Shown here: positions 9,619 through 18,683 of the stretch, in pieces
Layout: the number at the start of each line of letters is the position of its first letter
How positions within the stretch are numbered: position 1 is the stretch's first letter
Source: Euryarchaeota archaeon UBA103
Lineage (GTDB): Archaea; Thermoplasmatota; Poseidoniia; Poseidoniales; Thalassarchaeaceae
Assembly: GCA_002506825.1 (NCBI GenBank)
Contig: DAYH01000031.1
Coordinates: 84,049 to 148,048, forward strand
Length of the DNA: 64,000 bases
Direction: 5' to 3'
The notes under the pieces: model-generated
Databases searched by the model: none
Seen by the model: the letters and a program-made list of their open reading frames with translations, nothing else
Told to the model about the DNA's origin: nothing
Program-made: the position numbers and the translations under genes

Positions 9619-10235
9619 TTTAGTCTCTCCCGAATAATAGATTCAATCAGTGAAGATTTTTCTGCGGAAAGCGTTAGAAGTGTTTCCATTTCTTGTGAGA
9701 TGTTTCTCTTTTCCAAGCTATCTTCCAATGAGTCCAAGTTAATTTTGACGTTTAATGAAGCTATTTTAGATGATGTTTGGGATAAATAGCATGAGCCGAG
9801 GAGATCGGTTAAAGCGTTAGAGTTTCCAGTTCTCGATAATCCCATTATAGATTCCAGAAAGTCTGATGACGCCCTCATAATCTTTAGGGGTACAATGGCG
9901 GCATTAATTGTCGAGGAGACAATTGACTCGGATCTGAATGTTTTCTGATCATCATTTTCTCTAGGGAGTCTGTATGAGTCCATGACCAAATCGAAAGCTG
10001 AGGCATCTTCGTCTGCCAGAATCAAAGAATATTCGAGACCGGTAGTCGATGATTCGATTACTTCTGAAGCGGTTTTATGTCCAGTTAACCACTTTTCCTT
10101 GCCAAGTGTTAACCTAGAAACCATCAGTGCTAGAGAATGTGCATGAGCTAATGTCATAGCTGCTACGGAACCCCCGCCGGGCGTTGGAGAAGATGAGGAT
10201 ATTTTTGATAAGACATCAATGTAGCCATCGTTCAT
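9609..10235 (-). CDS. Formiminotetrahydrofolate cyclodeaminase (FTCD C-terminal family)
   Basis: SSSPTPGGGSVAA, DEDASAF, GNSNALTD and LNVKINL motifs; coupled to the formiminotransferase gene. Confidence 0.9.
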   Translation of the reverse strand: MNDGYIDVLSKISSSSPTPGGGSVAAMTLAHAHSLALMVSRLTLGKEKWLTGHKTASEVIESSTTGLEYSLILADEDASAFDLVMDSYRLPRENDDQKTFRSESIVSSTINAAIVPLKIMRASSDFLESIMGLSRTGNSNALTDLLGSCYLSQTSSKIASLNVKINLDSLEDSLEKRNISQEMETLLTLSAEKSSLIESIIRERLKWH

Positions 10236-11272
10236 TGTCCGCTCCTCCGTACTGCTAATTCTATAATAGAGGCATTGACATCAAACTCATGTAAGCCTTC
10301 TAAGCCTAAACCGTGTACTGCATGTTGTAAAATTTTGTTTTCATTAGACTCCTCAGTATTCGGACAATAATGATTCCCGGCTTGAATCATGGCCTGCTTG
10401 GGTACCAGTCCTACTAATTCGCTAGAGGTTACTTCGAGGCCTAATTTGTTGGCCTCCACCCTGATAGCTTCAATAACATCATGAAGACCCGTAGTTGTAT
10501 GATCTAGTAAGTTCATAGAAACCTGAGCTGTTTCATCGTCATACATCCAACCGGCGGCTTGTAAAGCTTTGAATTTTCCATGATTCCTAACAGTTTTACC
10601 ATCAGAATCTACAATTTTATTACCCTTTTCATCTCTCATGATAACGCCACTAGTACGAATTTTTCCTGCAATTATATTTGCTAGGGATTTGTCATGTGTG
10701 TTTAGATTAACATTGAATGCAATCAGAACTTGTCTAGCCCCGGTGGCGGTAACGCCAGATCGAGGGATAAAGTCTGAAGGCCCAAAATCAGGCTTCCACT
10801 CGGGCTTGGATAATTTTTCTTCAAGTGCTTCATATTCGCCTTTCCTGATATCTGGAAGCTTAACACGACTTACATTTGTTGCTGATTCGGCGTAAAGAAA
10901 TATTGGAATCCCATAATTCTCAGACACATACTTTGCATAGCGTTTCGAGAGAGAAATACATTCGGCCATAGAGGAGTTGCTAAGTGGTATAAACGGGACA
11001 ACATCGACAGCGCCCATCCTAGCGTGTTCACCAGAGTGCTTAGTCATGTCAATTAGATCCAATGCCACCCCAGTAGATTTAATCGCGGCCTTGAGAACTG
11101 CTTCGGGGTTGCCTACCATTGTAACTACAGTTCGATTGAAGTCGGCCCCCATATCTACATCGAGTAAACTTACTCCATCTACACTTGTAATTGAGTTGAT
11201 TATGGCATCAATGGTGTCTTTATCCCTGCCTTCACTGAAGTTGGGAACGCACTCAATCAGCGGTTCGCCCAT
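10232..11272 (-). CDS. ftcD: Glutamate formiminotransferase
   Basis: ECVPNFSEGR, HARMGAVDVVPF, TGARQVLIAFNVNL, QVSMNL and SELVGLVP motifs. Confidence 0.95.
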   Translation of the reverse strand: MGEPLIECVPNFSEGRDKDTIDAIINSITSVDGVSLLDVDMGADFNRTVVTMVGNPEAVLKAAIKSTGVALDLIDMTKHSGEHARMGAVDVVPFIPLSNSSMAECISLSKRYAKYVSENYGIPIFLYAESATNVSRVKLPDIRKGEYEALEEKLSKPEWKPDFGPSDFIPRSGVTATGARQVLIAFNVNLNTHDKSLANIIAGKIRTSGVIMRDEKGNKIVDSDGKTVRNHGKFKALQAAGWMYDDETAQVSMNLLDHTTTGLHDVIEAIRVEANKLGLEVTSSELVGLVPKQAMIQAGNHYCPNTEESNENKILQHAVHGLGLEGLHEFDVNASIIELAVRRSGQ

Positions 11273-11308
11273 GCCCTCGCATGGAGATTAAGAGATTAGG
11301 ATTACTCA

Positions 11309-12523
11309 TCAGTCGTAGAGTCCGGAAGAGTTGTCGTTTCTTCCTTTCTCATTATTTTGTGTCAGCTTCTCCAATGAATTAAGAAAATCAGATTTTGTAA
11401 TCTTTTTATGGCCCTTAGAGATTGCACTCACACCAGCTTCAACAACTAAAGACTTAATTTCTGCTCCACTAAAACCTTCTGTTTTCGATGCGATTTCATC
11501 CAATTTAATAGAATTGGAGATTGGTGTCTTCTTTGTATGGACCTTTAGTATGGAAAGTCTACCCTCTTCATCGGGAAGGGGGATTTCAACGATCCTATCA
11601 AATCTCCCTGGCCTCAATAATGCATTATCAAGAAGCTCGGGCCTATTCGTTGCGGCAATAATTTTTACGTCCTCCAACGGCGCGAAACCATCTAATTCAG
11701 ATAGTAGTTGCATCAGAGTTCTTTGTACTTCTCTATCTCCCGAAGTCGCACTGTCAAGTCTCTTGGAGCCAATGGCGTCGAGTTCATCGATGAAAACAAT
11801 AGCAGGTGCCCTCTTTCTAGCGAGATCAAATATTTCCCTCACTAATCTCCCGCCCTCACCGATATACTTCTGAGCTAATTCAGAGGCGACCAACCCTAAG
11901 AAAACTGCATTAGTTGAATTTGCTACGGCTTTGGCAAGCATGGTCTTTCCAGTTCCAGGTGGTCCGGTCAATAGGACGCCTTTTGGAGGATCAATAGAAA
12001 ACTTCTCGAAGTCGTCTCGATTAGTGAATGATAACTCTACCGCCTCACGAATTTGAACAATCTGTTCATCTAAGCCTCCAACATCATCGAAAGTTACAGT
12101 TGGCTTCTCAATAATTTCAGACGTCACAACTAGCGGGTCCCAAGAGTCAGATAAAACTTCAATCACAGAAAGATTATCCTGGTTCAACGCTACTCTTGAG
12201 CCGGGGGCGAGAAGAGATGAATCGATTCGAGGATTGACGGATACTAGGAACACTGTGCCGTTAGAACTTCTGACAATTGCCCCCTCGTCTGTCAGGTCTT
12301 GTATATGTCCAATTACCATAGGTGGAGTTCTGAGGTTTCGAATCTCTTCCTCAAGACGACTGGTACGCTTCTTAGCTTGGGTTATCTCATTCTCCAGTAG
12401 TAACTTATCTGTGAGTAGTTGCTGTGCAGTTTCGGTAAGTCCCTTTATCTCAGATTGTAGATTAGAAACAGAAGATATGTTTGAGGAGTCTTCCTGACGA
12501 TGAGCGTCCGAACCAGTAGCCAT
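11309..12523 (-). CDS. pan: Proteasome-activating nucleotidase (AAA+ ATPase)
   Basis: N-terminal coiled coil, OB fold, GPPGTGKT, KYIGEG, FIDELD, RPGRFDR and C-terminal HbYX (LYD). Confidence 0.96.
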   Translation of the reverse strand: MATGSDAHRQEDSSNISSVSNLQSEIKGLTETAQQLLTDKLLLENEITQAKKRTSRLEEEIRNLRTPPMVIGHIQDLTDEGAIVRSSNGTVFLVSVNPRIDSSLLAPGSRVALNQDNLSVIEVLSDSWDPLVVTSEIIEKPTVTFDDVGGLDEQIVQIREAVELSFTNRDDFEKFSIDPPKGVLLTGPPGTGKTMLAKAVANSTNAVFLGLVASELAQKYIGEGGRLVREIFDLARKRAPAIVFIDELDAIGSKRLDSATSGDREVQRTLMQLLSELDGFAPLEDVKIIAATNRPELLDNALLRPGRFDRIVEIPLPDEEGRLSILKVHTKKTPISNSIKLDEIASKTEGFSGAEIKSLVVEAGVSAISKGHKKITKSDFLNSLEKLTQNNEKGRNDNSSGLYD

Positions 12524-12592
12524 GTCGCGCGAAAGGGGTATTTGATTTCAAATAACCCCAACCCATATGGTCGGGTACTTGTTGGGATAAGC

Positions 12593-13078
12593 ATGGCAAC
12601 TTGTGAAATGTGTGGAACGGACAGGGTCACAACATTTCTCTCAGAGATTTCAGGAGCAAAATTGAGATGTTGTACGAGATGTATTGAATCGAATAATCTA
12701 ACGGTCTTAGAAAGAAGGATCCCTGTACAAACAGAAGTTAGGCCTGTACTAGCAAAATCTAAGGTGTATACAAAAAATATCGGTAAAATGGAGAAAGAGA
12801 TAGCATCAGATTTTCATATCAGGATAAAAAGGGCAAGAGAAAATAAGGGTTGGAGCGCCCGTGATCTGGCCAAAAGGACAAATCTAAGACTTAATGACAT
12901 ACAAAAGGCAGAAGCTGGCGTCCAACCTGCAGACAATGTCCTAGAGAAGCTTGCAAAAGCTCTGGACATATCCTTGTTTGAAGAAGCAATTTCTGATCCC
13001 GAGAGGACTATCAAATCACCCAGCAGCAGAAGTATGACAATAGGAGATGCACTTGATGAGTTCCTCGGAAAAAATTGA
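12593..13078 (+). CDS. mbf1: Archaeal multiprotein bridging factor 1 (Zn ribbon + HTH)
   Basis: CEMCG...CTRC zinc ribbon, Cro/C1-type HTH (IKRARENKGWS..DLA) and TIGD motif; adjacent to pan as commonly seen in archaea. Confidence 0.88.
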   Translation: MATCEMCGTDRVTTFLSEISGAKLRCCTRCIESNNLTVLERRIPVQTEVRPVLAKSKVYTKNIGKMEKEIASDFHIRIKRARENKGWSARDLAKRTNLRLNDIQKAEAGVQPADNVLEKLAKALDISLFEEAISDPERTIKSPSSRSMTIGDALDEFLGKN

Positions 13079-13613
13079 CGTCTACGATGTCCCATTGCAT
13101 GTCATACATCTAGATCAGGATGACCCTAAGAAATGCAGTGCTAGGAGAATGTCGAAGCATGGACATGCCATATTGCACAAAAATACACGAGCCGCGCCGA
13201 AGAGAGGTTTTCTGCTTGACCCCTCAAGCGGGATTCTGATGGGCCCGGATGACATGAAATCAATATCCAGAGGTGGAGCGATTGTTGCACTCGACTGCTC
13301 ATGGAAGAGACTGGATGAATCCTTAGAATCAATTTCTAGACATACGAGGCTGGAAGGTCGGACGCTACCGGTACTCTTGGCCGCAAATCCGATATCATGG
13401 GGAAAGCCGGGGAGGCTTTCAACTGCGGAAGCCTTCGCATCATCACTCTATATTCTTGGTAGAAAGGAGCAAGCTGAGAGGATTCTATCCTGTCTCCCAT
13501 ATGGCCCGGCGTTTCTTGAATTAAATCAAATGCCACTTGAAGCTTATTCAGATGCGAAGACAAATGAAGAGCTGGCTGAAGTACAGTGGGAATTCTTCGA
13601 TAGGCCAGAGTGA
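13056..13613 (+). CDS. tsr3: 16S rRNA aminocarboxypropyltransferase Tsr3
   Basis: QDDPKKCSA, DCSW, RTLPVLLAANP, LSTAEA and FLELN motifs. Confidence 0.93.
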   Translation: MSSSEKIDVYDVPLHVIHLDQDDPKKCSARRMSKHGHAILHKNTRAAPKRGFLLDPSSGILMGPDDMKSISRGGAIVALDCSWKRLDESLESISRHTRLEGRTLPVLLAANPISWGKPGRLSTAEAFASSLYILGRKEQAERILSCLPYGPAFLELNQMPLEAYSDAKTNEELAEVQWEFFDRPE

Positions 13614-13617
13614 AGCA

Positions 13618-14673
13618 CTACTCACTTTCTTCGATTCTTTGTTTGGCTAGCTCCCTCATATCTTCGTGATGTGAGCCTTCATCAATAGCCAACTGATCAG
13701 ATTCATCCACTATTTCTACACCAAGGAGAGTTTCAATAACATCTTCCATGGTTACTAATCCCTCTGTACCGCCGAACTCATCCTTGACGATTAGAATCTG
13801 AGATTTAGTCTCCAAGAGTATGTCCAAAGCCCTATCCACAGAATCATTATGATTGCAAACATCTACGGGCATGGAGATTTCGGACATCTTCTTTTCGTAA
13901 TCATCTACAGCGGCCCTTCGAAGTATTTCGCTCCTAAGAACAACTCCTGTAACATCATCGATATTTCCACCAGTCACAGGCATTCGTCCGTGTACCATTA
14001 TCGGGATCCTCTCTAATACATCTGATACGGTATCGTTTACAGATAATGATGTAACGACTACTCTTGGAGTCATGATATCACTAACCATAATTTCTCTGAG
14101 TCTCAGTAGATTCTGAATTACTGCCTCTTCGTCTTCTTCTATTACATCCGTCTCCTCGGCAATATCGGCCAATACTGATAGCTCGTTCCTAGTAACCGTC
14201 TCCGTCTCTACTGCTGGGAGTAGCGACCTAGTGATCTCAATAGGCTTGACAATAATCCACAGTGCGAACATCATGGCCTTCATTATCCTAGCTGATGGGA
14301 TAGTGAGCTTCCTCCAGTAAAGTGCGCCGATAGTTTTAGGCAGAATTTCACTCAGTAATAGAATTGCCAATGTTAACACTGCTGCGGCCACATGTACAAT
14401 TGTACCACCGCCGAACTGTGTTTGTACTTCAGCGCCTACGCCCAATGCTCCAACCGTGTGCGCAATGGTGTTAAGAGTCAATATTGCTGTTAGCGGCCTT
14501 TCGGGATCGTCTTTCCATTGTGACCACAAATCACTGACCTTTGGGTGGGTATCTTTGAGAGCGGCTATGTGACCATGACTCGTGGAAAGCAATACAGCTT
14601 CAAGAATACTGCATAAGAAGGATGCTCCCAGAGCTAGTCCTGAATAAGCTATTATTAGCGTGTAGTCTACCAA
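13618..14673 (-). CDS. CNNM/CorB-family (DUF21 + CBS pair) membrane protein
   Basis: SFLCSILEA, AILTLNTIAHT, SEILPKT, IMTPR and DEFGGTEGLVTMEDVIETLLG motifs. Confidence 0.9.
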   Translation of the reverse strand: MVDYTLIIAYSGLALGASFLCSILEAVLLSTSHGHIAALKDTHPKVSDLWSQWKDDPERPLTAILTLNTIAHTVGALGVGAEVQTQFGGGTIVHVAAAVLTLAILLLSEILPKTIGALYWRKLTIPSARIMKAMMFALWIIVKPIEITRSLLPAVETETVTRNELSVLADIAEETDVIEEDEEAVIQNLLRLREIMVSDIMTPRVVVTSLSVNDTVSDVLERIPIMVHGRMPVTGGNIDDVTGVVLRSEILRRAAVDDYEKKMSEISMPVDVCNHNDSVDRALDILLETKSQILIVKDEFGGTEGLVTMEDVIETLLGVEIVDESDQLAIDEGSHHEDMRELAKQRIEESE

Positions 14674-14784
14674 CTATCTTTCCTCACTTTTGAGCGAAAA
14701 TTAAACATGTGCGCGACACGAATGACTGCTCCTGATTGCCTTACGACCGATTGCGACATAAATAGGTGACTGACCGCTCACTAT

Positions 14785-16986
14785 GTGCCGGAGCCGGAAT
14801 ATGTCACTATTTTCATGGCCTGGCCATATGTCAATGCGCCTTTACACCTAGGTCATGTGGCTGGGAATTGTCTTCCAGCTGATATACAGTATAGGTACGA
14901 AAGGGCGAGGGGGCGCAGGGTATTGATGTGTAGTGGATCTGACGAGCATGGGACCCCTATCACCATTACAGCCGAGCAACAGGGTGTAACGCCGCAAGAA
15001 ATAGTAGACAAATACCACGAGATGGCTCTTAAATCCCTAAGTGAGCTTGGTTGTGCATGGCCACAGAACATTGATTCCAGAGGAGTAGAGTATGGTGGAG
15101 CACTATACAATAGAACATCTGATTCAAGACATAAGGAATTGGTTAGCGAGGTTTTCACAAAATTATTGGACTCCGATCTATTAGAGAAGCAGACTATGAA
15201 GCAATACTGCTCTATTGCAGAAGATAAAATAAGATTTCTGCCAGATAGATATGTAGAAGGTACTTGTCCGGTTTGTGGTCAAGATGAAGCGAGAGGTGAC
15301 CAATGCGATGAATGTGGTTCAACGTATGAGGCACATGAATTACTAAATCCCATTTCTAAATTGGATCCGGGGGCCGCTATTGAGGTCAGGGATACTGATC
15401 ATTTCTTCTTCAAGTTAGATAAGTTTCAAGAGAGCCTCGAGAAGCACGCATTGAGTAGACAGGGAATTTGGAAACCTAATGTTCGCTCAATGACGAAAAA
15501 CTGGCTAAACATGGGACTCAGGCCACGGGCTGTGACTAGGGATATAGAGTGGGGAATTGATATTCCACTAGAAGGACCTGAATGGTCATCAAAGAGTGTT
15601 TATGTATGGTTTGAAGCCGTGCAAGGGTACTACACCTGTGCAAGGATATGGTCAGAGAGATACGCAACTAGCAACAATCATCCAGATGGTGAAGAAGCGT
15701 GGGAAAACTGGTGGAGAATGGACGATGAGGGGAGGTCCCCGAAGCATATCTACTTCATGGGCAAGGACAACATCCCATTTCACACAATTATTTGGCCGGC
15801 ACTAATTATGGGAATTAATGCATCAGAAAAGGGAAAATCAATCACTCATGAGATAACAGAAGGCGATTTAACACTAGAATCCAATGTTTCTTCTAATGAA
15901 TATCTGATGCTCCAGGGAGGTCAATTTAGCAAGAGCAGGAAACATGCCGTATGGCTGCCTTCTTTCTTGGAGAGATATGATGCTGATTGCCTGAGATATT
16001 ACCTATCTATCAATATGCCAGAAACACATGATACCGATTTCAGGTGGGAGGAATTCGTAGATAGGGTAAACAATGAGCTTATTGGAACCTATGGGAACTT
16101 TGTACATAGAGTAATGACACTATCTCACAGATTAGCTAGTGGAGATGGGAATCCACTATCTGTTTATGATGAAATAGGGAATCACTCTGAAATTATCTCG
16201 CAGTGTGATGATTTGGTTCGATCAGCTATGGATTCAATGGAAAGGCAGAGGTTCAAAGAGGCACTAAGATCACTGATGTCAATTGCACAGATTGGCAACC
16301 AACTACTGCAAAGATGCGCCCCCTGGAAGTATCTAAATTCTGAAGAATCACAGGAAAGGTCTGACTCACTCTCCGGCCTCTCCCTATCATGGAGACTATG
16401 TAGAACTCTGGCGATATGCATGAGGCCGTTTATGCCATTTCAATCTGAAAGACTATGGAAAATGCTCGGTGAGGATAGTGAATTGGATATTCAACTATGG
16501 GATGATTCGATGGATTATTCTGGAGATCTTCTGTGGAACGAACAAAAACCAGAGCCACTATTCTCTAGGCTAGACCTCGATGAAATATTATCATATGAAA
16601 TGTCACTAGCCAATGATATTAATGATGACCCCGTCGAGGATTCTGAAGAAGGAGTTGATTACATAGATTTTGATGATTTCATGAAGGTTGAGATGAAGAC
16701 TGGGAAGGTAATATCTGTCGAAGAGCACCCCAACGCTGACAAACTGTATGTAGTAACAATCCAAGATGGCCCGAATTCTACTAGAACTGTGTGTGCAGGG
16801 CTAAAGGAATATTACGATCCCACAGATTTAGAAGGTATGAACGTCGTATTTGTAGCTAACTTGGAGCCGAGAAAACTCAGAGGGGTGATGTCCGAGGGAA
16901 TGCTACTTGCCGCAGATGACGGTGAAGGGAATGTATGTATTCTGACTACCAAAGGCGACATTGACTCTGGCTCAAGAGTTAGGTAA
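14785..16986 (+). CDS. metG: Methionine--tRNA ligase with C-terminal tRNA-binding OB domain
   Basis: HLGH, SDEHG, zinc knuckle CPVC...CDEC, GKDNIPFH, FSKS and a Trbp111-like C-terminus. Confidence 0.97.
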   Translation: MPEPEYVTIFMAWPYVNAPLHLGHVAGNCLPADIQYRYERARGRRVLMCSGSDEHGTPITITAEQQGVTPQEIVDKYHEMALKSLSELGCAWPQNIDSRGVEYGGALYNRTSDSRHKELVSEVFTKLLDSDLLEKQTMKQYCSIAEDKIRFLPDRYVEGTCPVCGQDEARGDQCDECGSTYEAHELLNPISKLDPGAAIEVRDTDHFFFKLDKFQESLEKHALSRQGIWKPNVRSMTKNWLNMGLRPRAVTRDIEWGIDIPLEGPEWSSKSVYVWFEAVQGYYTCARIWSERYATSNNHPDGEEAWENWWRMDDEGRSPKHIYFMGKDNIPFHTIIWPALIMGINASEKGKSITHEITEGDLTLESNVSSNEYLMLQGGQFSKSRKHAVWLPSFLERYDADCLRYYLSINMPETHDTDFRWEEFVDRVNNELIGTYGNFVHRVMTLSHRLASGDGNPLSVYDEIGNHSEIISQCDDLVRSAMDSMERQRFKEALRSLMSIAQIGNQLLQRCAPWKYLNSEESQERSDSLSGLSLSWRLCRTLAICMRPFMPFQSERLWKMLGEDSELDIQLWDDSMDYSGDLLWNEQKPEPLFSRLDLDEILSYEMSLANDINDDPVEDSEEGVDYIDFDDFMKVEMKTGKVISVEEHPNADKLYVVTIQDGPNSTRTVCAGLKEYYDPTDLEGMNVVFVANLEPRKLRGVMSEGMLLAADDGEGNVCILTTKGDIDSGSRVR

Positions 16987-16990
16987 TTAC

Positions 16991-17842
16991 CTAGCTATCA
17001 TCTGAGTCATCATCAAGATCTACGCGCGACTCTGCATATTCTGCCATTGACTCTAGCCTTTGCATAAACCTTGATTTGGAGTTTGCATCTGCGGATGTGG
17101 TAGTCTTGACTAGCCAAATACCTCCGAACGCAACTTCCCACAGGCCAAGAGAATCCGCCCTAGTCCTTCTAAAGATATAGTCCATTAGTGGAATCAGTAT
17201 CGATGAGAGGCATATTGCAATGAACGCATTCATGAAGTCTCCTCCTTCAATACCGGAACTGTCTCCGAGCATAGAGATTCCAAAAAATACGCCAAGAAGG
17301 AAGATGAAGTATGATGCTATAGTAGTATTCTTGAGAGAGTGATAAATGAAAGTGGCGTTATCTCCTCTTGAATTAATGAATTGTGTACGGGATATTACAT
17401 TCCCCATAGAGCGTTTGAACCTGATGGGCATTACTAACAAATTGAAGACGGAGAGAAGTAACGCTACGGAGAGGAACAGTGTCGTAGGAATCTCAACGAG
17501 AGCGAATGCGACGAATATTGCTATTATGATACCGAAGTTTACTGCGAAGTCTATGAATAACCTCAGAGATGACCGCGCACTACCTACTTCCTCATATCCT
17601 TCTGGTATGACTTTTGGTTCCGCCTTGGGTCTTTTCTGCCGGGGGGCCCTTGACTTCCTGGGCTCATTCTTCTTTGACGCCTTAGCTTCCTTCTTCTTTG
17701 ACGCCTTAGCTTCCTTCTTTTGGGCGCGCCTTGATTTGGCAACTACTGGAGCTGGTTCGGCCTTGACAGGGGTTGGTTTGGTAACCACTTCTTCTTTCTT
17801 GTCTTCTTCTGAAATTTTTCCTGCCTTTTCCAATAGCCCCAT
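16991..17842 (-). CDS. Hypothetical membrane protein (RDD-like, ~4 TM) with basic disordered N-terminus
   Basis: Hydrophobic segments after RSSLRLFIDF; SD-like GAGGTG upstream; co-oriented downstream of priS. Confidence 0.7.
   Translation of the reverse strand: MGLLEKAGKISEEDKKEEVVTKPTPVKAEPAPVVAKSRRAQKKEAKASKKKEAKASKKNEPRKSRAPRQKRPKAEPKVIPEGYEEVGSARSSLRLFIDFAVNFGIIIAIFVAFALVEIPTTLFLSVALLLSVFNLLVMPIRFKRSMGNVISRTQFINSRGDNATFIYHSLKNTTIASYFIFLLGVFFGISMLGDSSGIEGGDFMNAFIAICLSSILIPLMDYIFRRTRADSLGLWEVAFGGIWLVKTTTSADANSKSRFMQRLESMAEYAESRVDLDDDSDDS
17667..17719. repeat. In-frame 24 bp perfect tandem duplication
   Basis: TTCTTCTTTGACGCCTTAGCTTCC x2 plus a partial copy; encodes KKEAKASK repeats. Confidence 0.9.
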
Positions 17843-17864
17843 ATTCGCACCTCAATAATCTAAT

Positions 17865-18611
17865 CTATGTATAAATCTCGCCCATCTCTTGATAGATTGC
17901 AAATCCTGGTGAAGCCACGAAGTCTCCTATCTTTTCCTCGGGGAGCTCCCCCAAAACTCTGTTTATCATAGAGAAGAATTCTTCTTTTGTGTCATCATCG
18001 CAATTGGTAGGGCTCTCACCGACGCTCTGGAAGAGGGGGAAGTCATCCGATGAGACAAATGAATCAATGAAATCTTCATCCATATCTCCGAGAAGATTAT
18101 TCACGATTTCAAAGAATCTCGGGAATATGTCCTCATGATCATCCTCAGAATCAATATCATCTTCATCTTCAAATTCATCATCGGGTCCTGAAATTAGCTC
18201 TACTGTTGGCTTTATTGAAAGAAGATCTTGCTGTTGCTTCTTTCTAAGAACAATAATCTCCCTGTCCAATTCTGATCCAAATCTATCTGAGAACCTGTCC
18301 ATTAGAGAACCTACTTGGCCAGATGAGATCCTATCTATGTGACCATACATGCTATCCCTGCTATCCGCAGGGGTTGCATCGCCCTCGGTTTTTCTCTTCT
18401 CCCAGTGAGAATGAAAGTCATTCATTGATTCCTCAACGGAGGATGGCTCTGCATCATTTCCAGTTTTATCAGCAGGGGGGTTATCGACAGCTGAAGGAGG
18501 TGGTGGTGGAGGCGGGGGCATTGGTGGCGGCGGGGGCAAATTAATCCCAGGAGGTGGTGGGGGCAAGGGCATTCCATTGGGCCCTACCAAGGATTCGTCA
18601 TCGTCCGGCAT
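17865..18611 (-). CDS. Hypothetical acidic protein with polyproline tract and duplicated C-terminal helical repeat
   Basis: PLPPPPPGINLPPPPPMPPPPPPPP tract; ATG at 18611 (ORF open to 18653). Confidence 0.78.
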   Translation of the reverse strand: MPDDDESLVGPNGMPLPPPPPGINLPPPPPMPPPPPPPPSAVDNPPADKTGNDAEPSSVEESMNDFHSHWEKRKTEGDATPADSRDSMYGHIDRISSGQVGSLMDRFSDRFGSELDREIIVLRKKQQQDLLSIKPTVELISGPDDEFEDEDDIDSEDDHEDIFPRFFEIVNNLLGDMDEDFIDSFVSSDDFPLFQSVGESPTNCDDDTKEEFFSMINRVLGELPEEKIGDFVASPGFAIYQEMGEIYT

Positions 18612-18683
18612 ACTCGTCTCAGTTGATTTCCGGGACTCTACACTATTCAACATTCTGTGATTAAGTATGTCTAAGTGCCTGCA

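Noticed and set aside
11331-11873. Numerous 60-180 aa antisense ORFs (for example 11331-11873, 17346-17858, 44174-44638, 61749-62216)
   Set aside because: They lie wholly opposite well-supported genes and show the Ser/Ile/Leu-rich composition of shadow frames.
17667-17719. Direct repeat as a CRISPR array
   Set aside because: Two adjacent copies with no spacer, in frame within a CDS, and no cas genes.
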